Below are positions 1 to 11,203 of a stretch of DNA of 64,000 nucleotides, piece after piece. The notes beneath the pieces are model-generated. The model saw only the letters and a program-made list of their open reading frames with translations. It was not told the origin of the DNA and did no database searches. Both the position numbers and the translations under genes were made by a program. This stretch comes from Gordius albopunctatus (lineage: Eukaryota): assembly GCA_964276515.1 (NCBI GenBank), contig OZ193909.1:17546001-17610000 (forward strand), read 5' to 3'. The stretch's first letter is position 1; each line of letters begins with the position of its first letter.

Positions 1-308
1 TATTCGTACGCACCCATATATTTATTATAATATAGGCTGGCGAATAGCTGTTTTTTACTTTATTGACCAACTTAGGGCCGTCATTTAAGTAAATTTCTAA
101 GGATAAACTTTCCATAAGTAAGTTTGACTATCCAACAAAGTAAATATCTTTTATTTTGTTATTAACTCTTACTTATTAATCATCAGCTATTTGCCGATTT
201 ATACCTATTATAGTTTGGTACAAGTGTGCGCAACCTTGTTTATTTCAAAATGCTAGGTTAGATGAATAATTTATTTAAAGCTCGCACACCTAAAAAAGTT
301 ATTATAGC

Positions 309-930
309 TAGAGGCATGCAAAATCGAATTTTTTCAGCCCAGCCCGAAACCTTTTATTTCATTTCCCGAGCCCGAAATTATTTTTTCAGGCCCGACCCGA
401 GCTCGGCCGATTTTTTTTGAAATGTAAATTTACAAAAAAAAATTATTTAGAATCTATAGTTGTTAGATTGCTAAGTAGCTTCAACTAAAAACGCGAGCAC
501 GAAGTAGCACGTAAAAATGCTCGAGAGGTTAGTCGAAGCAGCCAAATCTGTTAAAGCATTTAGCAGGAGCTCGAGCAGTAAATTCGAGCAGATAGTAGAT
601 TGAATTGCTATTGTTAAAATTTAGTAACTTACAATATTGCCTCATGGTATATTATAAAGTTATTATATTATAGTTTTATAACAAATTAAGCAGGTTGAGC
701 ATAAAATGATGGATTGCACGATAATAAGATGAGATTGTATAATTGATTTTTTATCTTACAGCACATTTCATCTAACATAAAAGTATTTTTTCTCTCCTAT
801 ATATAAATCCCTGCAAAATGAAATTTCTCTAAAATTTTGTAAACGATAGGTAGATTTTGTTTCGGGAAAATTTTGATTTTTGGCTAGAGCTTGGCCCAGC
901 CGCGTTTCGGACAGCCCGCGCAGGGCTATA
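309..930. mobile_element. hAT-type MITE, family C (TIR TAGAGCCCTGCA-like), with an older family-B MITE nested at ~456-635
   Basis: Ends tagaggcatgca / gcagggctata; exact 8-bp TSD attatagc at 301-308 and 931-938; subterminal gcccga repeats shared with 43266-43423. Confidence 0.75.
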
Positions 931-1890
931 ATTATAGCTAGTTGATGTTACCTTTAAATGTATAAATTCTGAGCAAAAAACTGATTTACTTATCATTTAA
1001 AGATAAGCAATGTTAATTATAAGGTAAGTTTATAAAGCGAGCTTTTTGCGACTTTAAAAAATGAATATAATAATAAATCAGTTATTTTATTATTTATTGA
1101 CATTTGCATATCCCTTTAACATTTAGATTATTGATTTTCTTAAAAAGCGCTACCTAATTTTTACATTTCAATAACACCTGTTTATAGAATATATAATTCT
1201 TTTTCTGCAACTGGTTGGCTTTTAACTCCACTTCTGCATGGATCAATTAATATAATAGGTTTATTAAGAATCTAAGATCGATTTTTCTCAGTAAAAAGTA
1301 TATATTATATCTAATATTGCTCGCCAGTGTATCTGCCATTCCGATGAGCTTGAATTCTTCATTGTACGGCAATACAAAAGATAAAACTAGAGCCAATAAA
1401 TTGAAGTTGGTCAGCGCAGGGGAGAGGAGGAAGAAAGTGGGATAGTAGGGTTAAATATAATTTGTGTACAGGTCATTTGATCCGATCATTCGATGCATAA
1501 TTCCGCATATTTTTTAACAAAAACTATAAAACATATCATTTTTATTTTAATAATATACAAATTTTAGCTTGATAAATAGCTCGTATCTATAGGAATTAGT
1601 GTTAATAAGACAGGATGCAAATTTTAAGATATACTAATTGGATCTACGAAAAAATATGTCACAAAATATTCCAAATCCCACAGGAGAAACAAGTATTGTG
1701 CATATTACAATAATTAGGTTGTCTTATTATTTTTAATTATATCTGATTAAACATACTGGGAGGGGCTTAAGGGGACATAGGTTATAAATAAGATTTGTTT
1801 AGAAAATAGTACAAATAAAAAGTTCTGAAATGTATTACAAACTCAGCTTTTAAATATCAATATTAAATAACTAATTATTATCAAAGAAGT

Positions 1891-2060
1891 TTCCAAGTGA
1901 GTGTGCAAAACGTGGAGGGTTGACGCCAGCTCGGTAACTGGCCATAAAAGCCCCTCCAAAATTATGACAATTTTCCCCAAAAATTAATATTAAAACATTA
2001 CGGCGTGATCTTCAAAAGATGCACAGTTGGATGAAACACATACACTATTGCCGCCTGCCG
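1891..2060 (+). mobile_element. Relic of an RTE retrotransposon 5' end
   Basis: ttccaagtgagtgtgcaaaacgtggagggttgacgccag...ctccaaaattatg aligns by eye with the 5' UTR and ATG of the RTE at 54846-54930. Confidence 0.6.
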
Positions 2061-2099
2061 CACACATGGGCGTAGCCCCCCCCCCCCCCCCCTAAATGA

Positions 2100-4740
2100 C
2101 GAAAAATCTAAAACCCGTTCTTCTTTTTCATTATGTATTTGGTCCCATATTCGTGGGGTTTCTTTTCATGAGTTTCTTTCTTCTATATCGAGTATGGGTC
2201 ATATCCAGCTTTAGCATATTAGTTATAGTCCAATTGCCCTTTCCATGTAAAACGAGGTTGTCCTCTCTCGTCCCAGGCACCTCCATGTACAATGTGCTTG
2301 GCTTTTATACTGCTTTTTGCCCATTTGCTTGATCCCAAAAACATGCGTACCCACCAAACATTATCTCCTACGGCGGACATACGCGGCTTCCCGATCCCTA
2401 CCCGTTGTTGTGGTACTGTTTCTTTTAATACCTACCATTAGGTTCGCATTCGTTTTTTTTCACCTCGGTTTTGCTTTTATTGTTTGTAAAGTGTTTTGCA
2501 CTCTGTAGTTTTCCAAATATATACTTAGACCCATTTCACACTTGTTTCTTACAATGGCTTCCTTGATCAATCGTACGTACCATTCTGCCAGATCGTTGCA
2601 AGCACGATGGTAAGGGGCTGTACATCGCTAATTAATCCCTCTCATCTTGCAAAAATGCTCTAACTACTGACATTTGAATTACGGCCCCTTATGTGATATT
2701 AAAAAAGGTGAATTCCCGAATTTCGCAAAAGATTTGAAAATTTTTTTATGGTCACCGGTGTGGCGTCATCTACTTATACACTTCTACCCATTTTGAGCTT
2801 ATCATGACGTACCACCTAGTTAGTTGTGGTGACCATTGATCCTTGCCCCTTTTGCTTTGTTCAAATATATAAAATAGCGGTCTATGATCCGTCATAATAG
2901 TAAATATTTGTCCTTGTATATATCCATTAACCTTTTATAACCCATAGACCACCGTCAGCGCCTCCCGTTCAATCGTTGAATATCCTCTCTTGAAGCATAT
3001 GCCGCCACTCTCCAATTTTTCATATTGTAATATAGCACACAGCTTTATACCAGATGCCTCTACGATCAGGCCTGTCTCCAATCTCCATTAAAGTATGCTA
3101 GCACGAGTACCTTAGTAAGCGCGGACTTGATAGCGTAGCGTCAATTGCAGTTTGTTGTTGTACACCCCAGCGGTAAGTCACGTTTTTTTCAAGATTTTTT
3201 GAGTAAGGTGCACGATTTTTGCGTAGCTTTTAATGAACTTTAAAAAATATGATGTTAACCCAAGAAACTATTTATATTTAATTGTCACATTTTTCCATAT
3301 CGTTATTTGTTCGGCTTTATTACATTTGATTTGAATCCCTTACAAGATTCTCTTGTTTGTTCGGAACAAACCAATCTTTGTAAAGTTTTTTAATACCTTG
3401 AGTGGCCGCTCGTTGTGGACTACTCCTGTTTCACTTGCAATTATGAACTATATCGTCTATGTAAACTGCTATTCTCTCATAATTTCTAATATTTGATCCA
3501 TTGTAGTTTGAAAAATAGCCGCGGCTCAATCTAAGCCAAAAGACATATGGTTTAAATAAACCTTTGTGCATAGAGATAGTCAATCGTTGGCTTGTCTCTG
3601 GACCTAGGTCAAGCTGCAAGTAAGCTTCAAGTCCAGTTTGGAGAAAACGCGAGTTATCCATTTTATTAAACAAATCATCAATTTTGGGTAGAGGAAACGC
3701 CAATCCTTGGGTGTATTTATTTATAACCGATAATCAATGCATATATTAAGACTTCCATCGTTTTTCTTTATGGTTACCAATGTGCTGACCGATCTTAAAA
3801 GAACGATTAGTTCTATTACACCCTCTCTTACCCCTTTATTAAGTTAATCTTCCACTTTTTTCTTCCAAGCAATCAACACCCTTTTTGTGGGGATAAATAC
3901 CCTTACTCCTTTAGCTAATTTTGGGAATTCGTTCTTCTGACTTTTCCATTGCTTCATGATGGGATGGATTGCAGTCATAATATTCTTCGGTCTTTCCACG
4001 TAATTGATCACGAACCGCACTCCTCCCAATTTCCAACATATTCTTCGCCAAAGTTCAGGTTCGAATTTTTGAATCCAATCGATTCTGAACAGCGGCGGTT
4101 TAGCTATGTTCGCTAACAATAATGGCATCTATTTCCTTGTGTTACCCGTTTAAACTTCGGCTTGACCCTGCTACTATCATTATCTCATCATGAACGTATG
4201 CGTAAAGTTGAGACGGGCTCTATGTTGCGTGGGACCTCATTCGTTGACTTGAGTGCCGGTATCATCGATATCGTAGTGGCGGTATCGAAGATAAATTGAA
4301 ACAACTCATTATTAAAATAAAAGCATAGTTTACCCTGGGAATCCAGAGTGGCTCAGACCACGCTAGTCAACTCGCCTCTACACTCTATGCCTTTTCGTAC
4401 ACGTTCCGCAAGGCGTTTAGTCTGCCATTTATTGCCTCGGCCGCTATCGCCAGCTTCGTACGCGATCATATTTGATATCGTGTTCTGATAACAGTCTTGC
4501 CTGTAAGACTCTATCGCTTAACCCCATAATAAATTGGTACGCGATTTTGTTTTGCTATTCTTCACCGAAGTGGCAGCTGTTATCTGCGGCCTTGAGTTTG
4601 GAGACACGTATATCGTATCTCCAAACTATTTGCGAGCCTTTAAGAATTTATCTTTGTGTCAGAACACATGATTTCCTTTGCTGTCTCTTCGCTTCTTTAT
4701 ATGAAATTCCTGTAAGATCTTGTGGTCTATAGCCACTGTT
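2100..4740 (-). mobile_element. Heavily decayed Ty3/gypsy LTR retrotransposon (PR, RT, RNase H, IN remnants)
   Basis: Minus-strand fragments FIFDTATTISMI (protease), PLPKIDDLF...HKGLF...VYIDDI (RT, ORF 3431-3703) and YSTIEREALTVVYG (RNase H); many stops and frameshifts. Confidence 0.8.
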
Positions 4741-4879
4741 CGCGCGTTATAATAATATAATCAACGCTAAGGGGTTGAGCGATCTATAAAACCAAAAGAA
4801 TGATAATCGTGTATACATGCGTACATGTATGTGAATATGCCCTCATACTCGTAGACCCAACTAAAAATATAATTAAAAC

Positions 4880-5246
4880 CATAGACTAATAAAACCATAG
4901 ACTGAAAACAGTTTATTTTTACTATCAAAATCATTTATACATCAAAATATCTTAGGACTCAATAATAATAAAATAACGTGTATAAACACAGATTATATAC
5001 CATTACAGCTGCCATATTGTAGGAAATACTCAACAACAGGTATATTTATACTTCTACACCATAAAATATTAAAAAAAATATTTAAGACTAATAGCTTAAT
5101 TTATAAATTAATAACAAATAAGTAAAGTAGAACAATAAATCATGCTGAATTCTATTGTTTGGTTACAATTTCCCACAAAATGGCGCTTGCTATATTCGCT
5201 GAAAAATTATCGGCTGTTAGTCAGTCTATGGTTTTATTAGTCTATG
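4880..5246. mobile_element. MITE with ~25-bp TIR (catagactaataaaaccatagactg), hAT-like
   Basis: Perfect TIR pair; flanks attaaaac / tttaaaac match 7 of 8; related left ends at ~14677 and ~50190. Confidence 0.75.
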
Positions 5247-5293
5247 TTTAAAACACAGAGAAGTTGAAATTAAAGTTGTACCTTACTGCCGTT

Positions 5294-6294
5294 ATGGGGC
5301 TAAGATATAGAAAAAAAATTAAATCTGTGGTGTTTGACCCAAAAGAGAGAAAGTATTTAAATTTATTTGATCATTTATTTAAATTATAGGGAATATTTAA
5401 CTGGCTTTCATCAGAGAAAATTGTTGCGAAGGCAGAAGGCTATCAAAGATTTTGAAGCAAAAATAAAAGAGGAAAAAAATAGAATTAAAAAATTGGTAAG
5501 TTTAATACAATCTTATAGACATAATCATGTTATGCTAAATAATTTGCCAGAAAATTATTTCAAATTAATGATTGCCTAAAAATTAGGCTGACATTCATTA
5601 TTAAGATGATAATTTCTTTTTTGGATTTTATGCATGACCTTTTAGTTCATTATATATATTTTAAATTAACTTATAATTTAGAAACGAGATAATTTGCAAA
5701 AACTTATCAAAATATCAACAAATGATGCTGTATCAAGTACTAGAATATAATGACATAAATCATATCATCTTTGAATTTTGTAGCTAAATATACCAATGTT
5801 TAGGACAAATAATTTACATTTTCAAAATATAACAATTATTTTTAAAATTTATTTTTATATTATACATTTAGTTAATGTTTATTTTAATCCCACAGAAATC
5901 AAGGATGTGTATGAAGAAAAATATATGTTATCAAACAATTATCCGGAACAAGTAGTGACAGTTACCACATTTTCAGATTTTGATTTGAGTAACTCAAATA
6001 CCTTACTGGGCCCTAATGTATAACTTAAAATTTGTCAATCTTATGTTTATTTTATAGAATATAGCAATTTCAGATCAACCCATTCTGGATAAAAGATGTA
6101 AAAAAGCTGGTTTTGAAAAGTAAGGTAATATTTTTCAAATGTTAAATCTACTTTGTTATAGAGTTGAATCAAATTCCATAAATAGTATTGATAAAATGGA
6201 AAAGGTTTTGCAAAAATTAAAAACAGCAAAGAATAAAAAAAAGGGTAGAAGAAGAAAGAAGACCGACACTAAGAAAAAGAAAAAAAATGTTTAA
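5294..6294 (+). CDS. NOL12: Nucleolar protein 12 (Nop25/Rrp17 family), 6 coding exons
   Basis: Spliced translation MGLRYRKKIKSVVFDPKERK/EYLTGFHQRKLLRRQKAIKDFEAKIKEEK... matches the Nop25 motif FDxxxRxEYLTGFHxRK; GT-AG introns 5353-5389, 5496-5681, ~5737-5896, 6018-6057 and 6120-6161 keep frame; Lys-rich C-terminus, TAA at 6292-6294. Confidence 0.88.
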
Positions 6295-6454
6295 TTTTTT
6301 TGTCATTGCATTTATTAGCAAAATATTTATAAACAAGTTGTTCCCTGTTATTTTATTAATTTTGATCTCTCTTTACATTGAATGCATATAGTATGCAATT
6401 AGAAACTCATATGGAACCTATATTGGCCACAGGGTCAATCAGTTTAATGACATG

Positions 6455-6609
6455 CATGGGTGTAGCCAAGGGAGAGCAGGGAGGGGTGGCTGCCTTCCTC
6501 TAAATCCAGAAATTTATTAAAAGTATAGCTAAAAATTCAAAAAATGATTATTTTGCCCCTCCCCAAACCATAATTACCCCCTATATTTCAAATGCTGGTT
6601 ACACACATG
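6455..6609. mobile_element. MITE family D (TIR CATGGGCGTAGCC consensus)
   Basis: catgggtgtagcc...ggttacacacatg. Other copies at ~13320-13480, ~15930-16045, ~30525-30640, 31756-31923, ~36898-37015, 41535-41771, ~42575-42729 and 59773-59941. Confidence 0.7.
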
Positions 6610-7051
6610 TACCTTATAAAACTTTCAAATTTATAATATTAAGCAAAAATAGTTGTATTTTTAGTATATAAGTAAGCTTCTGAAAACAAATGTCTAATAA
6701 CCTCTATGTCATAACTTACACAAAAAATTATTCCATTTTGCTTATTTGGTCATTAAAAATATGTTCTATGCTTTTCGTATATTAACCTAATTATAATAAA
6801 AAAATTGAGGTTTAAAGAAATATGTAAACATATAATATCAATTATTACTATTTTATTTTATAACTTCACTTCCTTTTTTATAATATAAATATTGAATAAA
6901 TACAATATACAATTTGATAATGATACAACTGGGTAAGGAGACTATCATCTACATAAAGATTCCATTACATTATTAGTACACAGCTAATTGATGTAATGCA
7001 AGCACTTTGGATAAAAGTCTATCCCCAAGTCTATATGTTCATTTGAAAATT

Positions 7052-8906
7052 TCATGTAGATGACATTGCATTCTTTATAATAACATTCTCATCTGATGAC
7101 TGGGATATTGTTTTCAAATCTTTTTTCGATGACTTAGAACCATATAAATCCAAAACTTGATGGCATATATCTACAATGAAAGAAATTTATCTATCTCAAA
7201 TTCTAAATGAGCAAGTGAAGAAGTTAATTTGTTTTAGCAAACAGTGCTCAGTAGTGTTGTAAAAAGGGCTCATTTTTATTGGTCAACCTTAGGTTTTAGA
7301 CGACTAAACATAAACAGACCAATGGTTCAACCAAAAAAAATTGGTCTGCTTATGCAACTAAGAAAAACAGATAGACTAAAAGCAAAGGTCAAACAAGTCC
7401 CCACCCCTTTTTATGACACTACTGCACATTTTAGAAGTCCATTTTAATAATCATAGAATTTTTGGTAAAAAACATATTCAGCCATCTTACAAGGCTTTTA
7501 ATAAAACACCAAGATTTAATTGCATCAACATTTTTATAGCATATTTGAAAAAGATAGGTCATTATAAAGTTATGATTATTATGATTCAGTGGCAAAAATG
7601 ACTACCAATAACCTAAAATTGTGGTACCTAATATTGATGATTCTACATCTTCACTAAATCTCATACAAATCTGAGAGACCCACCAAAAAAGTGGCAATTT
7701 AACAAGGTATGGTGAACTCTTAAAATGTACACTATGATTTAAATGTTATTCATCAAATTTTTTAAGTATCAAAACCATAAGTGAAAAAATAATAAGCTGG
7801 AAATTGGTCAATAATAGAGTAAAGGTTGAATATGAAAATACCTTCTAGTAATTCCAGGTCTAAACCTAAAACAAATTTTTCCCACCAATTATCAATTCCC
7901 TTATCGAATTTGTTGATGCAAAACCATTGATTTAGATTCACCTTAACCAGTCTACTAGTCAGATGAATTAATGCTATAGCTATAATTTCGGGTTCCCATT
8001 GCAGGCATAACGTGGTACACAAGCTGTCATTGATAAAAGTCCAAGCCATTTGAACCATTTTTTGTAAACGATTGTGCTCTTCTTCTTTCATATCCACCTT
8101 TAATGCTACAATTTTTAAAATGTTTAAATGTGATGTGTTTAAGCTCAACTATGTTTACTTTTTAATTGTTTCACATATTTCAATAAATATGTATAGGGAT
8201 GAGGGATATTAAAATTAAAACGAATTGTTTGTAATAGAATGCGTTCATGGGTCATCATTTCATCCTGTACAGATATTTAAAAAAAATTAGGCAAATTTAA
8301 AATATATTTTTAGAATGTGAATAATATAATAGAGCAAATTTTGATTATGTTCATTACGGCAATGAAATAAAAACAAACAAGAATTTTATATAAATTTTGT
8401 ATATTATAGATTTGCAAAATAATTTAAAATGTAGAAAATAAAAATAGATATACCTTGGGATCTGAGCCAAATTTTTTAAACTCTTCTTCAGACAAAAACG
8501 ATTTTGTTACCTTTATTATATCTCTAATCTTTTTAGGTGTCTCTTCAACCTTACCAGCTAAAAATAGGCAACAAGCTGCCATTACCTGTGTAAAAAAAAT
8601 TTATGTCAAAGCAATAATAATTATAATCCAATGAATATTAAAGTAACTTACATATTTGTCAAAATCTTTAAAGGAATGTTCCATATAGAATCTATGGAAA
8701 TACACAACTCCTGTGGCAATGGTGTCATAGCGCCTTAATATTTCATTATGTCTAAATTAATACAAAACGTACAATCCCAATTTTGTTCCAACATCTATTA
8801 TGAATCTAGCTCCTTCTTTTCGATATTGCTCTATTAGAACTTGATTCATATTATCCTTATAAGAAGGGCAATTTAAAATTTCTTCTTTTGTATAATAAAA
8901 AGTCAT
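7052..8906 (-). CDS. CCNK: Cyclin K, 6 coding exons
   Basis: Spliced translation [15 protein letters not shown]...[35 protein letters not shown]...[15 protein letters not shown]...[36 protein letters not shown]...[12 protein letters not shown] is cyclin K-specific; TGA at 7052-7054. Confidence 0.93.
7252..7421. mobile_element. MITE family A (TIR TAGTGTTGTAAAA...TTTTACAACACTA) in the last cyclin K intron
   Basis: TIR pair and internal gaccaa/gactaa motifs shared with copies at ~13654-13818, ~18265-18565, 25415-25822, 39092-39485 and 41211-41836. Confidence 0.65.
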
Positions 8907-8915
8907 ATTTCAAAT

Positions 8916-9082
8916 GGTGGCACGTCAACTTGCCGAAAACCATCTCGCCGTGTCCGCCGGTTAAAAAAAGGTCCCCCATTTTGTGATTGGTTGAATGGGG
9001 GAAGATTTTAAATTAGGGAACCTTTTTTAACCCGGGGACATTAAATTCGGCGAGATGTTTTTCAATGAGTTGATAGGGCACC
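8916..9082. mobile_element. MITE with 9-bp TSD (Merlin- or Mutator-like), copy 1
   Basis: TIR ggtggcacgtcaactt / agttgatagggcacc; flanks atttcaaat / atttaaaat match 8 of 9; homologous to 9521-9674. Confidence 0.75.
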
Positions 9083-9520
9083 ATTTAAAATGGATATAAA
9101 ATATTAGTGTCGACTAACTCGTCAAATTTTCGATATACAATAATTCATTTGATCTACTTAAAATTAGGATTTTTCCAAATCAGCAGGATCAAAATATATA
9201 TAATACCATGTATCATATTATTTTTTATGATATAATATTATATATAAATGGCGATTAATAGTCATCCGTTGATGTTTATAATTATATTAGTTCACATCAA
9301 TGTAAAGGCATATGTGATCGCAGACTAAGAATAAGTCACAGACAAAAAAATCATAAATGCATTATCTATTTGCATGGATTGTTAAATTTAAAAACTAGAA
9401 CATATATGCACTGAAAAGCAAAATGTAATTATAAAAAATTGGTAGCAAAATTTCATAAATAGGTAAAAACATTTTTGTTTTGAACTATTAAAAAGAATAA
9501 AAAATTTCATACAAAATATT

Positions 9521-9674
9521 TGTGGCCCGTAAACTTGCCGAAAAAAATCTCCCCGATTTCACCTGGGACATTATGTGATTGGTTGAATGGGGGACGATTT
9601 TAAATTAGGGGACCTTTTTTAAGCGGGGGACATTAAACTCGGCGTTATGGTTTTCGACAAGTTGATAGGGCACC
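9521..9674. mobile_element. MITE with 9-bp TSD (Merlin- or Mutator-like), copy 2
   Basis: Exact TSD caaaatatt at 9512-9520 and 9675-9683; same TIR and internal gtgattggttgaatggggg as copy 1. Confidence 0.8.
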
Positions 9675-9830
9675 CAAAATATTATATTTATGGCTAACGC
9701 ATAGAAAAACAATTTGTAGTTTCATAATCGCCTAAAACTAAAATGTCATAGAAAGTAACAAAAATTTTAATATATAGTGAAAAAAAAATGATTAGAGATA
9801 AATATTGGTTAGAGATTTGATCAAGATCAA

Positions 9831-10497
9831 TTTTTTTGGTTAAAAACTTTATTTTCACGAAACAAAGTTACATAAATAAGCGAAATACAAAAATAAAGAC
9901 ATATTGGTTAAATACAAAGATCTATATCATTATCTTCTAAAATGGGCCATGATTCGGCAAAGGATTTAAAGTTGTATCATACACCCTAGTTGTTACCTGA
10001 GTAAAAAGGACGCTGAAACTTTAGATTTCGGGGTGCGTTTTCCGATTTCTTTCAAAAACCCCATTACCTGTTTGCCAAATGAACGGAGCATGAGGCAACG
10101 ACAGGGATAAAAATATTGGATGCCAAAAGAGCAGAATACTTTGTAGTTTTACGCCCTTCTGCTGTAGCGATAGGGTCGTAGGGAATATTTTCCTTTTAAA
10201 GGGCAGCTTGAATTAATAAATTAGCTTTAGTGTGCCTAACATATTTATATTTGTTTGCTAGGCAGTGTAGAGTGTGCCTAGCATATTCGTATACAACGGT
10301 AAGACAATTTTGACAGTTAAATTCTCTGCTGTAACTAATCCTTAACCTTCAAGCTATCGAATATGATAGCTCAAAGTTTTCAAGCGCTGGGATAGGCTTC
10401 AAGCCACTCGTGACCGGAACCATCAAAAGCGAAGGACCTAAGGTTGTATTGCTGGCTATCATCGCTGCTCGATAAAAGGTAATCAACGGAGCACGAT
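9831..10497 (-). mobile_element. Degenerate 3' fragment of a CRE-like non-LTR retrotransposon
   Basis: Colinear by eye with 18881-19670 apart from internal deletions; the T-run at 9831 is the poly(A) end on the minus strand. Confidence 0.8.
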
Positions 10498-11203
10498 AAA
10501 AAAAGAAAAAGAAAAAATAATCAAGATCATTTACCTAGGATGTATCGGGTGGCCGGGGTGGCAGGGAATGGGCAGCTGTTCCTCACTCTCTAAATCCAAT
10601 ATTCATAAAAAATATCTTTTCAATTCTTCTTAGTCATTATAAAGTCATACCACCCTTCTTTATTCAAAATCTAGCTATGTTTATATAAAGAAAGGCATAT
10701 TAAAAGTTTGTAATTACATGCGTAACGCATAGTTCAAAATCTAAGGCCCATTCGCTTGCTATAGGCGTGTTGAACATAAATATGGTAAAATTTTTAGAAT
10801 TTTAATCACCTTAAATATCATCCCCAGTAAAGTACATTTTGCATATTGTTAGAAATTATATTTTTTAAAAATCAATATTTATTTCTATTTTCATCATCTA
10901 AAAAGATAAGTAATAAAACCATAATTTTCTGGATAGCAGATTATAGATGAAAAGATTTATTCAATAATACGATGAGCTTTCAAGAAAGACCCAAACAAAG
11001 TAAAAGCGCGTTTTGGAAAATTAGAGAAAGATAACCATTAGAAAATAAGAATAAAATAAGGAATCAATTTAAAAGCTTTTTTAACCGTGAAATCCAACTA
11101 AATTTGGATTGGTTGTAGATCTTTTGAGCATAGACCAGTTGAGCAAATGCGAAGATTCTTCATTACAGGCATTTCGTTTTGTATCAGATTGACTTAAATT
11201 TAT

